Positions 35,377 through 49,504 are shown, counted from the stretch's first letter. The stretch: DNA of 64,000 nt from Selaginella moellendorffii (GCF_000143415.4 NW_003314323.1:996499-1060498), one strand, 5' to 3'. Numbers and translations are program-made. Notes: a model not told the origin generated them from the letters alone.

Positions 35377-38300
35377 TGTCACAAATGTGACTTCGGGTAT
35401 CGAAAGTTATATATCGGGTAATCCTTACGGACACTCTTTCCATACTACCACAATGGCAGGAGGTTGGTATTGCTGGACCTTTTATCAGTCTTTCTTGTGC
35501 TAGTGAAGTTAACTGGGCATTTCGAGTGCACTTAGACTAAACGAGCATAAGGACGGAATTCCTATATGATATTAGCTAAGCATACTTAGCCCAGTAAGAA
35601 GTTCCCATCTCATTGTGTCTTGCACTGGCTAGTGACAAGAACCCTCACGTATTGAGACTAGTCCCTCAATATCGCTAAATGATAACTTACCATGTCTGCC
35701 AAACACTCTTGCTATCATGCCCTTTGTGTTAGTCTCATTTTGGTCCCAAATGCTATTTATAAAAAGTGTCTAGATTTGCTCATTTGGCATATTTATGGAA
35801 TGTAGAGATTTTCCTGAACACAATGGTATTTGTCCTGTGTCCAAATTCACAATCTAAAGACATTCTATATTTAGTAAGTTTCGAGCTTGTCCTAGAGATT
35901 AACTCCTGGTACTAAGGGAAGCTTGTGGTGAAAGCCCAAAGCATGTGTTCCTTAAAAGGAGGGGATGGGGGAATATGAAAGGTTCCAAATATATAGTAGG
36001 GATAGTGGGTAGGTTGGGTATGGCTGACTTACCTAAGGCATAGTCTAGCTCTTGCTTGCATGTTTGTCCTTGTTTTGCATCTGGTTTGGGTCTAAGCCCA
36101 AATTCCACACCATGCTAGTTGATAAAGTACCCATATCCTTGCGTTATGTCACTGATATGTTGAAATAGCACTAAACTCCATTTGGCTCCGTTTTGCGTGC
36201 TAGTTTTGGCATTGGGATGCTAGATATTCTAGGACTGTTCCAAGTTGCTTCGTGCTTTTGTCCTTTCGCTCCTTGGGCTGTCTGCTTGGGAGTTGCTCCA
36301 TAGTTTGGTTTCATTGCTCCTTTGTCCTTGGACATGTGGCATATAACACATGGCATATGACATGTGGCACATGGAGGGTTTTGGTTCCGCTTTGTGGTTA
36401 TCCTAGTATGGTAAATCATTATAGGATAAAGGGTAAAAACCACATGCACTACATTTGGTATCAGAGGATATGTCTCGACAAGTACTATCCAATGAAATTG
36501 GGCAACTAGTCTCGTTATATATGCAGAGATGAAAATAATTATCCAAGTGGGTACACATTTGGGTGCAAAGACTTCACATTCGTTCCTTAGGTATGGATTT
36601 GGTTACCTTTTTGTACCGTAATAATATGAGCTTGCTCTTGGGCTCATAAGAAGGATTGAGTTATTCCGTTTGCACGAGTTTGCGTTTGGGCTTATAAATG
36701 AGGCACATTAGGAACTCGAGGTTATGCTTTGAGTTGGCAGGATTAATGTGAGCTTATCGGGGGTTATCATAAGTGGTTCTATGTACTATGGGTGAAAGTA
36801 AACCTCCCTTGGGTTTGCTATGAGTGGCAATAAGTTAGTGTGTAGCTATTTAGCACAACATTAATGGATCCTTCCTAGGCATAATTATAAGTGGATCAAT
36901 CAAGATTGTAAAGATGAGTCTATTGATGCAAGTAATCATTGCCATGCTCTCTCATAAATTTTTCTTGGATTAGACTAATGGCAGTGCAAAAGTAAAATTC
37001 AGGTTTAGTTAAAAATGAGGCCGAAAAGAGAGTCATCAGGGACAAAGGATCAAACACATAAATCATTTTCTCTTTTTAGAGAAATGATTTGCAACGAAAT
37101 ATGACTCATTGCTTGTGTTCATATCATGCAATCAAGAGTCCCTATCTTGGTGCATATTAGAAATGATGGTTTTATAAATGGTAAGTTGTGGGATGGATAG
37201 CAGTGAAGCACTATACCATTTTGTCTAGGCTTGCTATTGGAAGACTTAGGTTACAATGCTCAATTCTTTTTCAAGGAACCTTGCTATTGATACTTGAGTA
37301 ACTTGGTGTTGGATTAGTTTTGAGTTTGGTCAGAAAGAGAGTGGCATGAGTTTATCTGTATTGTGAAAAAAGTTGGTGTTCGATGTTGTAAATTTTTATC
37401 AGTGGGATGTGGCATTTATGTTGCATTTTGTCGAATCGAGTTGACATTTGATACTCATGTAAACCTTTGTAATAATGACATGGGTGTTGCTCCTGGTATC
37501 ACTCAATTGATGATCAAGTCATTGTGATACTTATATCATATCTATGTGATAATGAGCAATGTGTTTACAAAGTTGCTTGATTAGACGATGATCAACCCCA
37601 AAGTGGTTGATAGTGAAGCTAGTCTACTTACACATAGTAGCATTGTAGTAGTTTTGACTGGGTTCTCAATAATGATCTATGATATGCTAAGCTTAAGTTG
37701 GCACCTTGTTTCCTCGAGGGTTTGCCCATTAGGTGTTGGAAAGGGTTATAACATTCACTTGCTATGGTTTGTTGATTTATACGTTAACACTTGGAGTAGA
37801 TTGTTGGATGGAGAAGATGTGTAGTTGAGGCATTGACATCATTAGCACTTGTGTTAGTGGAAGTGGTATTGTTATTTCGAGTGATGAGGAATTTTCCTTA
37901 GTCTTTGATTTTCTATATCATTTTTTTTGTTACTATTTTGGCTTCATATTGGATTTTAAAAATGGTTGAAGAAGAGTGTTAGTGTAATATGAATATCTAA
38001 AGATATCGTCTTCATGATCAAGCCTTGGATGTTCATTTTGCATTTTTGCAGATGTTGGTGTTGGATATTAGAAATATGGGCATGATGTTTGAAGCTTAAA
38101 TATACTATGGGTCATAAGAATTTGTGTTGAGGTGAATCTATGTGAAATTATAAATAGGAGGAAGTTAGTTGAGTCTTGAAAGTTTGCATTCCTAAACTGA
38201 GAGTCATTATTTCTTTAGGATGGAAAATTTTCCACAAATTTTTTTAGACTTTTCCAATGGCTAATCTGTTAATCATTTTGTCCGAAAACCTTTCCATTTT

Positions 38301-41300
38301 CATAAGCCAAGTACAAACTAGTGAAGGGGTTAAAGTTGACTTTAGTTAGCTTAAACTTTAGTAAGTAGTTTATATGATATGGCCCGAAAGGGATGCTAAC
38401 TTTTGGGGCTAAGATAATTGAGTTAGATAAAGTCTAGAGTTGATATAGAAATGTGGCCGTTACACTTTTCTAGAAAGGTGACCCTTGTGTTTTTCTTTTG
38501 TAGTATTATGCTTGGTGATAAATTGCACTTTACATTTTGTTAGACTCTATAAGAGTAGTGAGCTCTCATTAATTTTGAGTTGGTCTTGGTAGTCTTGCGC
38601 CTTGGTTGAGGATAGTGATATCCAACTTAGTTATTTGAGGTTGAGATGTTGGTACCTGTACTATAGCTTTATCTATGAGGAGGTTGTGTACCGATATGAG
38701 TTCATCTTATGGTTTTCACTTTAGTTTCGACTAAATATTAATCATGCATAGCTAGCCTCTTCAAGACATACTTAGAGCTAATGGCTAGATGTGTTGATGA
38801 GCTTATTGCAGCTGAGTTAGATTCGAGTGGTCATTTAGTTTGTGTTTGTCCATGAACCTTTATCTCATGTCTAGAGTATTACATTCATATTGGACAAGTA
38901 TATGACTCGATGGCATAAGTTTAGTGTTTAGGTATTGTGAAGAGAAGTTGAAAGAGTGATTGTTAATTGCTTGGAAATTAATGATTTCTTGTAGACTTCA
39001 TTGAGGATTGTTTGACACTTGTTTTGCTCGATAATGATTTAATAGTGATGAGCTTGCTTTACCGGATGGTGTTGCGGAGTGTCATTAAACTTACATGATT
39101 TTTCCATGTTGGTATATTGACTCTACCTTTGTCGATGTCATTTGGATATGTTTAGTCTGTGGTGTTAGATTTCATTGAGTCTTAGATGTGATCAATCACT
39201 CCTTGATTATGTGTTATTTGTAACTGAGTTTTTCTGAAGGTTTAATCTCAAATACTAACTAAGGTATTTTCAATTTTGGTTAGCTTAATTACTATAAAGT
39301 TTTGGAAGGTGATTCACTCTTGCTTTTTTTTATTTTGTTTTAGTGTTGATGGCATTGAAGTGATGCCTTGTCGTTGACAATATTGATGTTGAGATTCAAG
39401 TGAAATAAAATGTCTCTCCTTAGGATTGATATTGAGTTTCATTAGTCTTAATGAAAATAGTGTTAATGATTTGGCTATATCTTTGTGTTATTGGCATTCG
39501 TGCATTTGCTAATTAGCAACTATATTGATGTTCAAATGAACTAAGTGGCAAGTTTGATTTAGTTGTGTTTTAGACGAAATTGTTTAATAGGGGTTAAGGT
39601 TGGGCTTTTCCTTGAAACGTGATTCATTCATGAACAATGTTAACTTTACAAGAAAAAGAGTTAGTGATCAATATTAAAATGTTTGAATCCTTTTTGGATT
39701 TGAGTTAGGGATATATTGATCATTGATGATTCTTTTGTGTTTATTATGAAGTGAGTTACATCTTGCTATAGATGAATTCATGGAGGACACTGTGGCATCT
39801 CAGTACGCCCACAGTGAGGAGGTGTGTTGTGTCTGTTCGTTTTTGGATAAACTAAAACAATCCAGGGAGAGACAAGCGGGGACAAGCGAAGAGAGGAATA
39901 TGATGCTGCTGCTTGCTGGGCGATCTGATCTGGGACGAGAGAGATCTTATCTTACACAGGCCAATTTACGCAGAAGCTAGTGTTTTTTCGTATGAAAATC
40001 GTTATTTAGTGATCACTTGTTGAGCATAGCTTCATTATACTTAGTTTTTAGATTGATGTTGACATGCTTTGCATTAGCTTTGGCATTATAAAGTTGGATT
40101 GGTCTCTTGGGTTTGAGACATTGGTAAAATGTTGTTAACACTTGCTTAAGCAACTTGAGTTCTTTCATATTGTTGACCAGGATCTATTGAGCTTAGCTAA
40201 TGCGATAATTGGCATACACAAGTGTTTGTTGGTTTTGCGACATTCACTCTATTCTGTTGATTATTGCTATAGTTATTTTTGATAGATTAAATGTTACTAC
40301 ATCTAGGTGATACATTTGCAAGCGTTTTGCTTGCCAGTCAATGATACTTTGTGTTCTTTGAGTTGTCTTTTATAAATTGTTTAGCATTGTATCTAAATTC
40401 TTTGATAGTTATGTGTTACCATTGACTTTTGTTAATAATACACTTGCTATTGAATTTTGTTGGATAGTGAATCCTATATTTTCCAACGATAGTGATCTTG
40501 GTGGTTTTTATCCTATCATACTGGTTTATCGGATGATAACTTACTTGGAATACTTTTGTGTTCTAATTTAAGATTTAATCACTGATAATTAAGTCTCTAA
40601 GATATCATTATCCTTGACTTTGATATTATCCATCTATTAATGTTTGATTTTGGGTCAGTATAGGTAGACTAGCTTCAGCACTTCGTGTGCATGGTGAAAT
40701 CTCTAATCATAAGGTAGCTATTATCAATTGGTCATATCACCCGCCTTTCTGTCGATGTTCTTTATTCCGTTAAAAGGGTGTGACCGTGTAAACAACTCTA
40801 ATTACCTGTTTATAGTAGTTTATCTAAACCTTACTGACAGGTTTAGTTTCTTTGCTCAAGAGGGTTGGGGCCTTTAGCTTTTCTCTCTATGTCCCCACAA
40901 GTGGGGGCATATCACACTTTTGTAAGCTGGGTGACACCCAGAGCAGCAAGAGTATCTAACTCCGTTGGTCATGTCCTTATTAGCGACAGTCAAAAAGTGT
41001 CTAAGTTGGTAGTGCATCCGCATTAAACAAAGAGGTTACCTTAACTCATTTAAATTGGTGTATTTCTCACATAATGTAAACACCGTAAACTTTTTCTAGA
41101 GTTGTTTTCTTGCCGGTGGTCTAGACTCGAGTATGCATCGTTAAAGACATCAATCTTCCCTAAGGGGGGGAGAGTGTTGTGAATATGACTTCGGGTATCG
41201 AAAGTTATCTATCAGCTAGTCCTTACAGACACTCTTTCCTTACTGCCACGACGGTAAGAGGTCGATATTGCTGGACCCTTTATTAGTCTCTCTTGTGCTA

Positions 41301-42344
41301 GTGAAGTTAATTGGGCATTTTGAGTGCACTTAGACTGGGCAAGCATAAGGACAGAATTCCTACGTGATATTAGCTAAGCATACTTAGCCCGGTAAGGAGT
41401 TCCCATCTCATTATGTCTTGCACTGGCTAGTGACAAAAACCCTCATGTATTGAGACTAATCCCTTAATATCGCTAGATGATAGCTTATTGTGTCTGCCAA
41501 ACACCCTTACTATTATGCCCTTTGTGTTAATCTCATTTTGGTCCCAAATGTTATTTATAAAAAGTGTCTAAATCTGCTTATTGAGCATATCTATGGAATG
41601 TAGAGATTGTCTTGAACACAATAGTGTTTGTCCTGTGTCCAAATTTGCAATCTAAAGACATTCTATATTTATTAAGTTTCAAGTTTGTCCTAGAGATTAA
41701 CTCTTAATACTAAGGAAGGTTTATAGTGAAAGCCCAAAGCATATGTTCCACAAAAAGGGGGGTTCTAAATGTATAATAGGAATAGTGGGTAGATCGGGCA
41801 TGGTTAACAAACTTGAGGCATAATTTAGCTCCCACTTGCGTGCCTATTTTTGTTTTACGTCCGGCTTGGGTCTAAGCCCAAATTCCACACCATGCTAGTT
41901 GGTAGAGTACCCATATCCTCGCGTTAAGCCACCAGTATGCTAAAATAGTGCCAAACTCTATTTGGCTCTATTTTGTGTGCTAGTCTTAGCATTGAGATGC
42001 TAGATATTTTAGAACTGTTCTAAATCGCTCCGTGTTTTTGTCCCTTCACTCCTTGAACTATATGCTTGAGAGTTGCTCTATAGTCTGGTTCTATCATTCC
42101 TTGGCTCCATAGTTAAGAGTTTAGCTCCATACCTTTGTTCAATGGCCTAAAGCTTTGAAACTTGGGTTCCACACCACTATCTTTGGACACGTGGTATATG
42201 ACATGTGGCACATAGAGAGTTTTGATTCCGTTTCATGGTTATCTTATGGTAAATCACCATAGAATAAAGGGTAAAAACCATATATGTTACATTATCCTAT
42301 GGTAAATCACCATAAGATAAAGGGTAAAAGCCATGTGTACTATA
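35377..42344 (+). mobile_element. Non-autonomous LTR retroelement (LARD-like): LTR 35377-36453, ~4.7-kb non-coding internal region, LTR 41175-~42344
   Basis: PBS at 36454; PPT at 41162-41174; no gag/pol ORF; LTR and 3' UTR homologous to the chromovirus. Confidence 0.88.
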
Positions 42345-42836
42345 CTAATACATGAATGCTCAAAGGGATTGGAATTAGTATTATCCATTCTAATTATGTC
42401 AAATGAAATAAGCTCCATTAGTACGGATCTTGGCACTCATTTGATTTTCTCCTAAATTTAATTTATCATTTAATTCCCATCAGATAAAATATCTATCTTT
42501 AACAATATTAGCCCCTTTATAAAGGTTTCAAATTAAAAATAAAAAATTATATTTTTTGTTTGCTTTAGCAAAGTAGTGGATATACCTAGAATATCTTTAG
42601 ATATTCTAGGATGTTCTAACGGATTGTTATTCATTTAGATTAATCATTTATTTATAATTTTTACATATTTATAATTTATAAAATTTTCTATAGTTTATTC
42701 TAATGGTTGATATTCAATCTTGTGTTTATAAATTATATATTTTCATATGATCAATTGGATTAATAAATAAAAATAACACTACTACTAAGTAAACCAAGTG
42801 TTGCTACATGCAATGTGCAGCAAATTATTTTATATA

Positions 42837-42966
42837 TTGTGTTTTTTATGAACCTAAAAATTTCCCTTGATTATTGAAATTTAATATAATTTTTATATAT
42901 AATTTTATATATATATATATATATTTCAATAATCAAGGGAAATTTTTAGGTTCATAAAAAACACAA
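42837..42966. repeat. Perfect 44-bp inverted repeat with AT-only loop
   Basis: 42837-42880 is the exact reverse complement of 42923-42966. Confidence 0.9.
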
Positions 42967-43937
42967 GTTTCATCAGTAGTGTCATACACCACAACATGGC
43001 CAGTATTTTCTACACATAAAGCCATTGCTTTAAATTTATTTTTCCAGTATATATCATATGTCCAGAGTGTTTCATGATTTTCATTGTATATCACAAGATT
43101 ACCATCAATTTGAATTTTTAATTTGCAACCACTTCCTTTTAAAATTATTTGCCAGAATACAATTTTACCTTTGTAAAGCACAAGGTTGCAATTCATGTGC
43201 AATAATAATATAAATTGATGATTAGTTGATTCTAAATATTCTCCACTTTGTAAGTTTGAGAAATATGAAGAATCATAAATACTTCTAATACATGAACGTC
43301 TCCATGAACAATCATGTATAGATAAAAGTTTTGGGTTTTCAGTAATACTGTTAGTATGGTATATAGTATTATTACTATTATCCTTATTGTGTAAAGAGTA
43401 TATTTCCTCATTATCACCAAGTTTAAAGATTAAACTAAAAGCTTTTGTAATATATTCATTGACAGCAAAATTTGTTATCTCATTGTCATTTATAATAGCA
43501 ACACTTAGTAAATATTGAAGATTTCGTTGTACTGTCTCACCAAAAAAAAAAGATTGATGATCTGGAAAAATATCACAAAGTAAATCATAAAATGGTGGGG
43601 GTTTTTGTTGGTGTAAAGCAGTTATTAAAATTTTAATTCCATTATATGTATAGATAACTGACTTTCCAGCAAAAAATTTAGCCTTAGGATCAATCTGACT
43701 AATCACCATGGGTATTGCTTTTAAAATAAGATCTTTAAGTTGTGGAGAGAAATGTTGGGGGTTACTCCTTGAAACTCTTACTGCTAGATGTTTTCCAAAT
43801 AAAATAATGAATACAAGAGAGAAAATCATTCTATAGCAAGCCATACAGAAAAAAAGGGTAAGTGTGACTGTATACATGTTTGTTTTTGGAGTCTTGTATG
43901 TGTAACATGTTGAGTAAATCAGCCAAATGTATGGCAA
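42933..43937 (-). CDS. Protein with C-terminal bulb-type (GNA-like) lectin domain; 5' end uncertain
   Basis: LQSGEYL..HMNCNLVLY..W..GCKLKIQIDGNLVIY..W..NTGHVVVYD matches the three beta-prism repeats. Confidence 0.7.
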   Translation of the reverse strand: MPYIWLIYSTCYTYKTPKTNMYTVTLTLFFCMACYRMIFSLVFIILFGKHLAVRVSRSNPQHFSPQLKDLILKAIPMVISQIDPKAKFFAGKSVIYTYNGIKILITALHQQKPPPFYDLLCDIFPDHQSFFFGETVQRNLQYLLSVAIINDNEITNFAVNEYITKAFSLIFKLGDNEEIYSLHNKDNSNNTIYHTNSITENPKLLSIHDCSWRRSCIRSIYDSSYFSNLQSGEYLESTNHQFILLLHMNCNLVLYKGKIVFWQIILKGSGCKLKIQIDGNLVIYNENHETLWTYDIYWKNKFKAMALCVENTGHVVVYDTTDETCVFYEPKNFP

Positions 43938-46900
43938 ATGCAGCCACTATGCAAAATGATGTCCTTAATCTACATATGGCATATAAAAAATGATATATAA
44001 TTTAAACATAGTTTTATTTTTGTCATATTATATATTATGAATCTATGCACACCATTGTTTGTAAATCCAAATCTGAAATCCATGGCCAAGCAACATTTCA
44101 GTGTAAATCCTAATCTATTTTCTATGCTAAAGCTGGGTAGTGCACTCCATCTCTTGTGAACAGTTAGGTTTTTGGAAGGTCTAAAGTTGGATATATTGAT
44201 AGCAACCAGGGAGTTTGTCTTTTGCATCTGTCATCTTGCAGTAAAGGCAACTCAAAACTTGGCACCATTCATTCGTTGGAATGTTGTGTCTTTGGGTGAT
44301 GTTATGAATTTTTACTTAGTTTCTTCCGGACAAGTGGTGTTAATGCCTCCTTAAAGGTTGAAGATCTAAGCTGTGACAGCTCCATGGTGGAAAAGAAAAG
44401 GAACAAATGGTGAAAGAAAGAAGAAAAAAATTTTAAAACAAAGAAAGGAAAAAAAGAGTGAAAGAAATCACTGAGTGTTGCCCACTCAAATGCAATGAAT
44501 CTTTGATGTTTGGTGGAGGCTCCTTGAGCTGGAAGAACCTTGGTTTTAACTCCAAAAGGTTGGCTAGACTTGGGAAAATCCTATTAATTCCTCTTGGGGA
44601 CCATCAAAGGTGATTCGTTTCCTAGGAGAAAGAGAACTCCTTGTCAAGTGTTTTGATGCAGGGAAAGACGTCCTACTTCTCTATTATTGATCTAGTGGCC
44701 TTGTGCAGTGGTGAGGGATGCAAAGACTGTCTTGAATTTCCCTAAAGGATGAAGGAATTTGCTCAGGTATATGGTCTTCTTTGTTGACTGGAAGTGACTG
44801 GTGGAGACAATGTCTATCATATCTTGTGCTACATGGCCTTCTAATGATGAATTCGCTGCCCCCAAAGTCAAAGATTGCAACTAGAACATGTGTTATGCTT
44901 GTGAACTGCTTCTTAGTCTAATTGATCTGGTGACTAGTGCTCTGGAATGTTGTTGGTGATGTACAGTAACAAGTAATGTTCCTGAATCATCCATGCTGGA
45001 GGAACCTCAGACGCTGATGTAAGAAGTTCAAGTCCCATCTCACTTGACTAGCCGAAGCTTTTTCTCAAACCTTTGGAGTTGTACCACTACTTTGTCTGCT
45101 TTTTTGTACTAATGTTTACCTTTTAGAATTTTCTCTACAAGTCCATGTACTTTACCATGCTACTTTGTGGTGACTCTCCACAGCTTTGAGCCAGTTCCTG
45201 TTGGTTGGCACATCTTCATTTTTTTGTCATGAGTTAGAGTGTTTTTGTCCTGCTTCAATAGTGTCAAGTTGATGGTCTCTAGCTGCTCAACATCAAGGAA
45301 AATTGTTAGTTCCTTGTCGTCATCTTTCTTGGGCATCCGTTGCTCTACGAACTGCTCTTGCACACATGCTGTATGTTTGGTTGGCTCTCTGCAGCTTTGG
45401 AAGACTCTAGACTCTTCGTGAGTGTTCTCATGTTGATAAAATCTGAAACAGTGACCCAGAAGATAGAAATCTCCTCTTCTCTTGGTGTAGCAATTATTTG
45501 TGTCATCTCAAGAATGTTGGCTATTGTGTGTGTGTATTGGATGAAGTCCAGGCTGCTGAAACTTGATACCCCAATCACTTTCACAAGTTTCCGTCATCCA
45601 TTCATGTTCTATCCAGACTACAAGGCCAACAATAGATAAACAGACATATAATAAACAGGCAGCAACAAACATCATCACCAATCACAAGATACTACTTTGC
45701 CCGCATATGTTATATTCCTGGAGAGATTCCCCACTTGGGATACTACTCACTACAAACACAAAAGTGACACTTCGGGTGCCTGACACCACCTTTTAAGCTT
45801 TGTTTACACGTGGATACTGTTGTGCAGGGAAAAACAACTTTGTCCAAGAACACTTTTGACATATAGCAAACCAGCACTAATTTACCATCCATTCATATAT
45901 TCCACTTTGTTTCACCCTTGGAATCTTGGAGCCAACACGAGGTACTTTTGGGATTGTGGGAGCCTTGGAGTTGAGGATTCAAGTTTGTGTTATCTCCTCT
46001 AAACTCATCTTTCCTCTTTGTTTCAGTTTTTCCACTTTTCTTTTCTCTTTCTCATCTATCTTTATAAGATTACCCTGAATCCTAAAGTGCTGTTGTGCCG
46101 AGCTGCTGCCGAGCTGCTGCCACAGCTGACCACCAAAATGGAGACACCACCCTAAACCCTGGGGGAAAATTAGAATCATGCTAGCTGTGTTGGTCATGGA
46201 AGGCCGAAAGTTTGATGTGGAGGATTGGCAATATGTCCTAGTAGGTAATGTGGAGAATCCATTACCATACTCCATTAATTGATTGGAGAAGTGTATTAAC
46301 CTTTATGATATAAAACCTAAAGTTTTGTCCTGATCTGATGACTCTATGTGTCACACAGACAAGCAACATGCAATTTCTTCAATTTTTTGGACCATTTCTC
46401 AATTTGTGTCATGCTATATTAATGTTTTCTATATTCAAATTTTATCTAGTAATGTTTTGGTGTGAATGAGGGCAATGGACCAATCTTTATCATGGCATAG
46501 CATTCTGACTTCTTGGGCAGTTAGATCCAAGCCACTTCATCACACAAGTTTAGTGAGAATTCACCCTCATTTCCACTCATTCCTCCTGGTTATGTCATGG
46601 CTGGGGTTATTTATGTGTCAAGCGCTTTTGAAAAGTGATTGACACCACACATATAGAGATAGACAGACAGACAAACCCATCGTCTTTGGAGTGTGTTGTC
46701 CATTTCTCATTCAGATTTTTCAACTTTTTTTGACTTTCTTCATGTGTTCTTTCTTCACTTAGCTCTCTCTTTCACTGGGCAGATTGAATCTAGAAGACAA
46801 GAAAAGCAAAAAAAGAGTTAGCACTATAAGAAGCGCTTGGAAGTTTCAATACCTCGCAATCTTGCCCGACTTGGTCATCCCTCCAATCTGGTCATCAAGA

Positions 46901-47648
46901 ACTAAAAACTCTCTCTAAGAGAGAGAAAGAGACCAAAGTTCTAGTTTTTTCTCACCTCAATTAGGCGACTTTATTTGAGCACATGTTTCTCACAGTCCTA
47001 ACGTCCAAAAATCCTGATATTTCTTGAGTCTGGTAGAGTTATATTTCTAATTCTGTTGAGGTATAGCACATTTGAGACCGCTGTGTGGTTTGAGTGAGAA
47101 TCAGACATTTATAAGCCAGGCTGAATTATAATAGAGTTTCCTTATGTTTTGATGTCAAAGTGCCAATTTTTTTCCATCTTTTCTTTGTTTCAGGGATATC
47201 TTGGTTATAACTTCCTGTTAAGCTTAAATCCACTCCATTTGGTCGTCAATTTCACGTATACAAGTCGTTTCCTTCAATTCCAATTCTTTTTTATGACAAA
47301 TATATAGTTAACTTTCCACCACCATATATTGGCCTGAATCTCCAATATCACTTCAAATGGTGTGATACTTGATTGGAACATTGTATTCCATTTTTCCATG
47401 AGCGTAAGTTTATCTATGTTTCAGGGGTGGAAGATACTTCGTTCAAATTGTTATTGTTCTGTGAGGGTGTGCAGCTTTTTCAAGGGGGACCGTGTTGATA
47501 CTGCAGCCTATAACCAATTAAAATCCCCCAAGCACTTCAAGTCCAAGCAAGATGGAGATGCACCCTGGAAGTGGTTCAAGTTCACATTGGATTGTTATAA
47601 ACAACGTAGTTGTATGGAGCATAATGCAAGTGTTGCTCCAGTTTTTTT

Positions 47649-47850
47649 ATGATTTGCCGGCGTCAAGATCGTAGAAGAAGGAACTCGAGATCGTAGAACG
47701 TGGATCCCAGCTGTAGTTGAAGTTCCTGCCATTTGGGAAATCACACCAGAGCTTGCAGTGCTCCAGCCACGGCGTTGGAGTGGGGATTCCAAATCCGGCG
47801 CCGCAGAAAGAAGAATCGCTGCATAGGCGAGCTTACCATAGCCGACAAAA
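47649..47850 (-). pseudogene. Deleted paralog fragment of the gene at 50745-51465
   Basis: Shares GCCACGGCGTTGGAGTGGGGATTCCAAATCCGGCGCC and other blocks with 51180-51470, with several deletions. Confidence 0.8.
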
Positions 47851-48051
47851 AATATCAGGATATATATCAGAAAATATACATGGATTTCAGGTTCTACCGA
47901 TGCGGAACATGTATGTGCCTCGGCTGCACACTTTCCCTGTCCCGTCGTTTGTTGGGGGTGCTCCTAGACCTCCTTGGTGGTAGTAGCAAGTATGGCGCGT
48001 AAAATTTCATATCTTTACATTCAAGGAAATGTGTATCAAACCATTATTTCG

Positions 48052-49504
48052 CTACTCTTTGGAGCTCCACTCCTGATACCTGTGCAAGCTCCCTGGAAAA
48101 TCCGTGAAGAGTCCATCGACTTTAACAGTCTTGATCCAGTATTCGAATTCCTCGTATGGATCCTCATGAAAATCAAAATGGAGGAACTGGTTCTCGTTCC
48201 TAAACGTGTAGGGATGAACCTTAAGAACAGAAAAAATCGAGGGTAGCGAAAGGTAGAAAATTTGGAGCGGACAAACCTGGAGATGCCGAGAGTGAGCTCT
48301 TGAAACCAGGTGTGTCGCGTTCATCAAATAACCAGTGGTGATGTTTGGAGGCACTATCGTATCCTTCCAGGGTCCAATGCCAACAACATAGTTGCTGATG
48401 AAATCCAAGTATCGGTTTGATGTTATCTCTGCATAACTCTGCCACAATTGAAGCTTTTCAGCATTCAATCGCCTTTGGTTTGTGGATACCTGGTTTGTGT
48501 CCTGCGTACGAACCGTGGCATCGTCGATCAGAAAGATTTTTGGAGAGTCTGTGATGTTCGAGATGTACATAAGCGACGTTGGAGCAAAGCTTTGTATAAA
48601 GATTGGCTGCTTGTTCCAGTCGTCCGATTTATATTTTCCTTTGTAGCCATACTTCTGTAGGATTTCCATGAAAGAATCTTCTACTCTCTTGCCTTGAGGC
48701 CACTGTACCTGTTTGCAGAAAGGATTTCATTTTTAAGAAAAAACAAACACGAGAGAGAAGAAAAGATTGTTCTTTTTTTCTCACTTACATGTTTGTTCAT
48801 GAAGACCGGACTCTTGATTTCCGGATAGATTCCAACTGTGCGAGACGCCTCCAAGGCGATTGAGATAAAACGTTCGAATGTGATGATTTGAAGCTTTCCT
48901 GCAAAGCACTAGATAACGCGTCCAGAAACTTTTTCTAGAAAGAAAAATCACCGTTGAATGAAGGATCCCGAAAGCTATACCGCTGGCGAAGTCTTAGTCT
49001 TTGAAGCTCTTCAAATGTAAAGTCCACTAGACAAAGAAGGGAGATGATGAGATACAGAGGAATGAACAAAAAAAAGTTCCTCTTACCAACAAAGAACCCC
49101 GTGAGATTTTGGCCCTCGAATTCGTACGTAGCTCTTCGTCCTCTAAATTCCGGATGCGCAGCAATGTCCGTGACATCATCGAGAATTGGATCGTGGAAGC
49201 AAATAAGAACGCAATCCTTTGTAGCTGTGATGTCCGCTTCTATAAAATCGGCTCCTTCCTCGATTGCTCTCTGGACAGAGAAATTGAAAGTAATCCATGG
49301 CTCCCAAACTTCACTACTCACCTTATACGCCAGTGCCGTTTCCTCTGGAATTTCCCCATTTGATCCGCGATGAGCGACATTGAATGGCCTCCAGTCCTGG
49401 ATCGCAACCCTGGCCGACCGTGGGAAGCGGTACAATCGAGCAGCGCCGCACGATGATCCAGCGACCGCGGCGAGAAAGACGATGAAGAATGTTCCCACCC
49501 ACAT
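48052..49504 (-). CDS. GDPD: Glycerophosphodiester phosphodiesterase (GDPD6-like), multi-exon, signal peptide
   Basis: AHRGSNGEIPEET, GADFIEADI, ICFHD, FIQSF, VHPYTFRNE, VDGLFTDFP. Confidence 0.92.

Noticed and set aside
43970-47400. Possible decayed gene upstream of the lectin ORF
   Set aside because: Only short broken frames with no recognisable motif; cannot be supported by eye.
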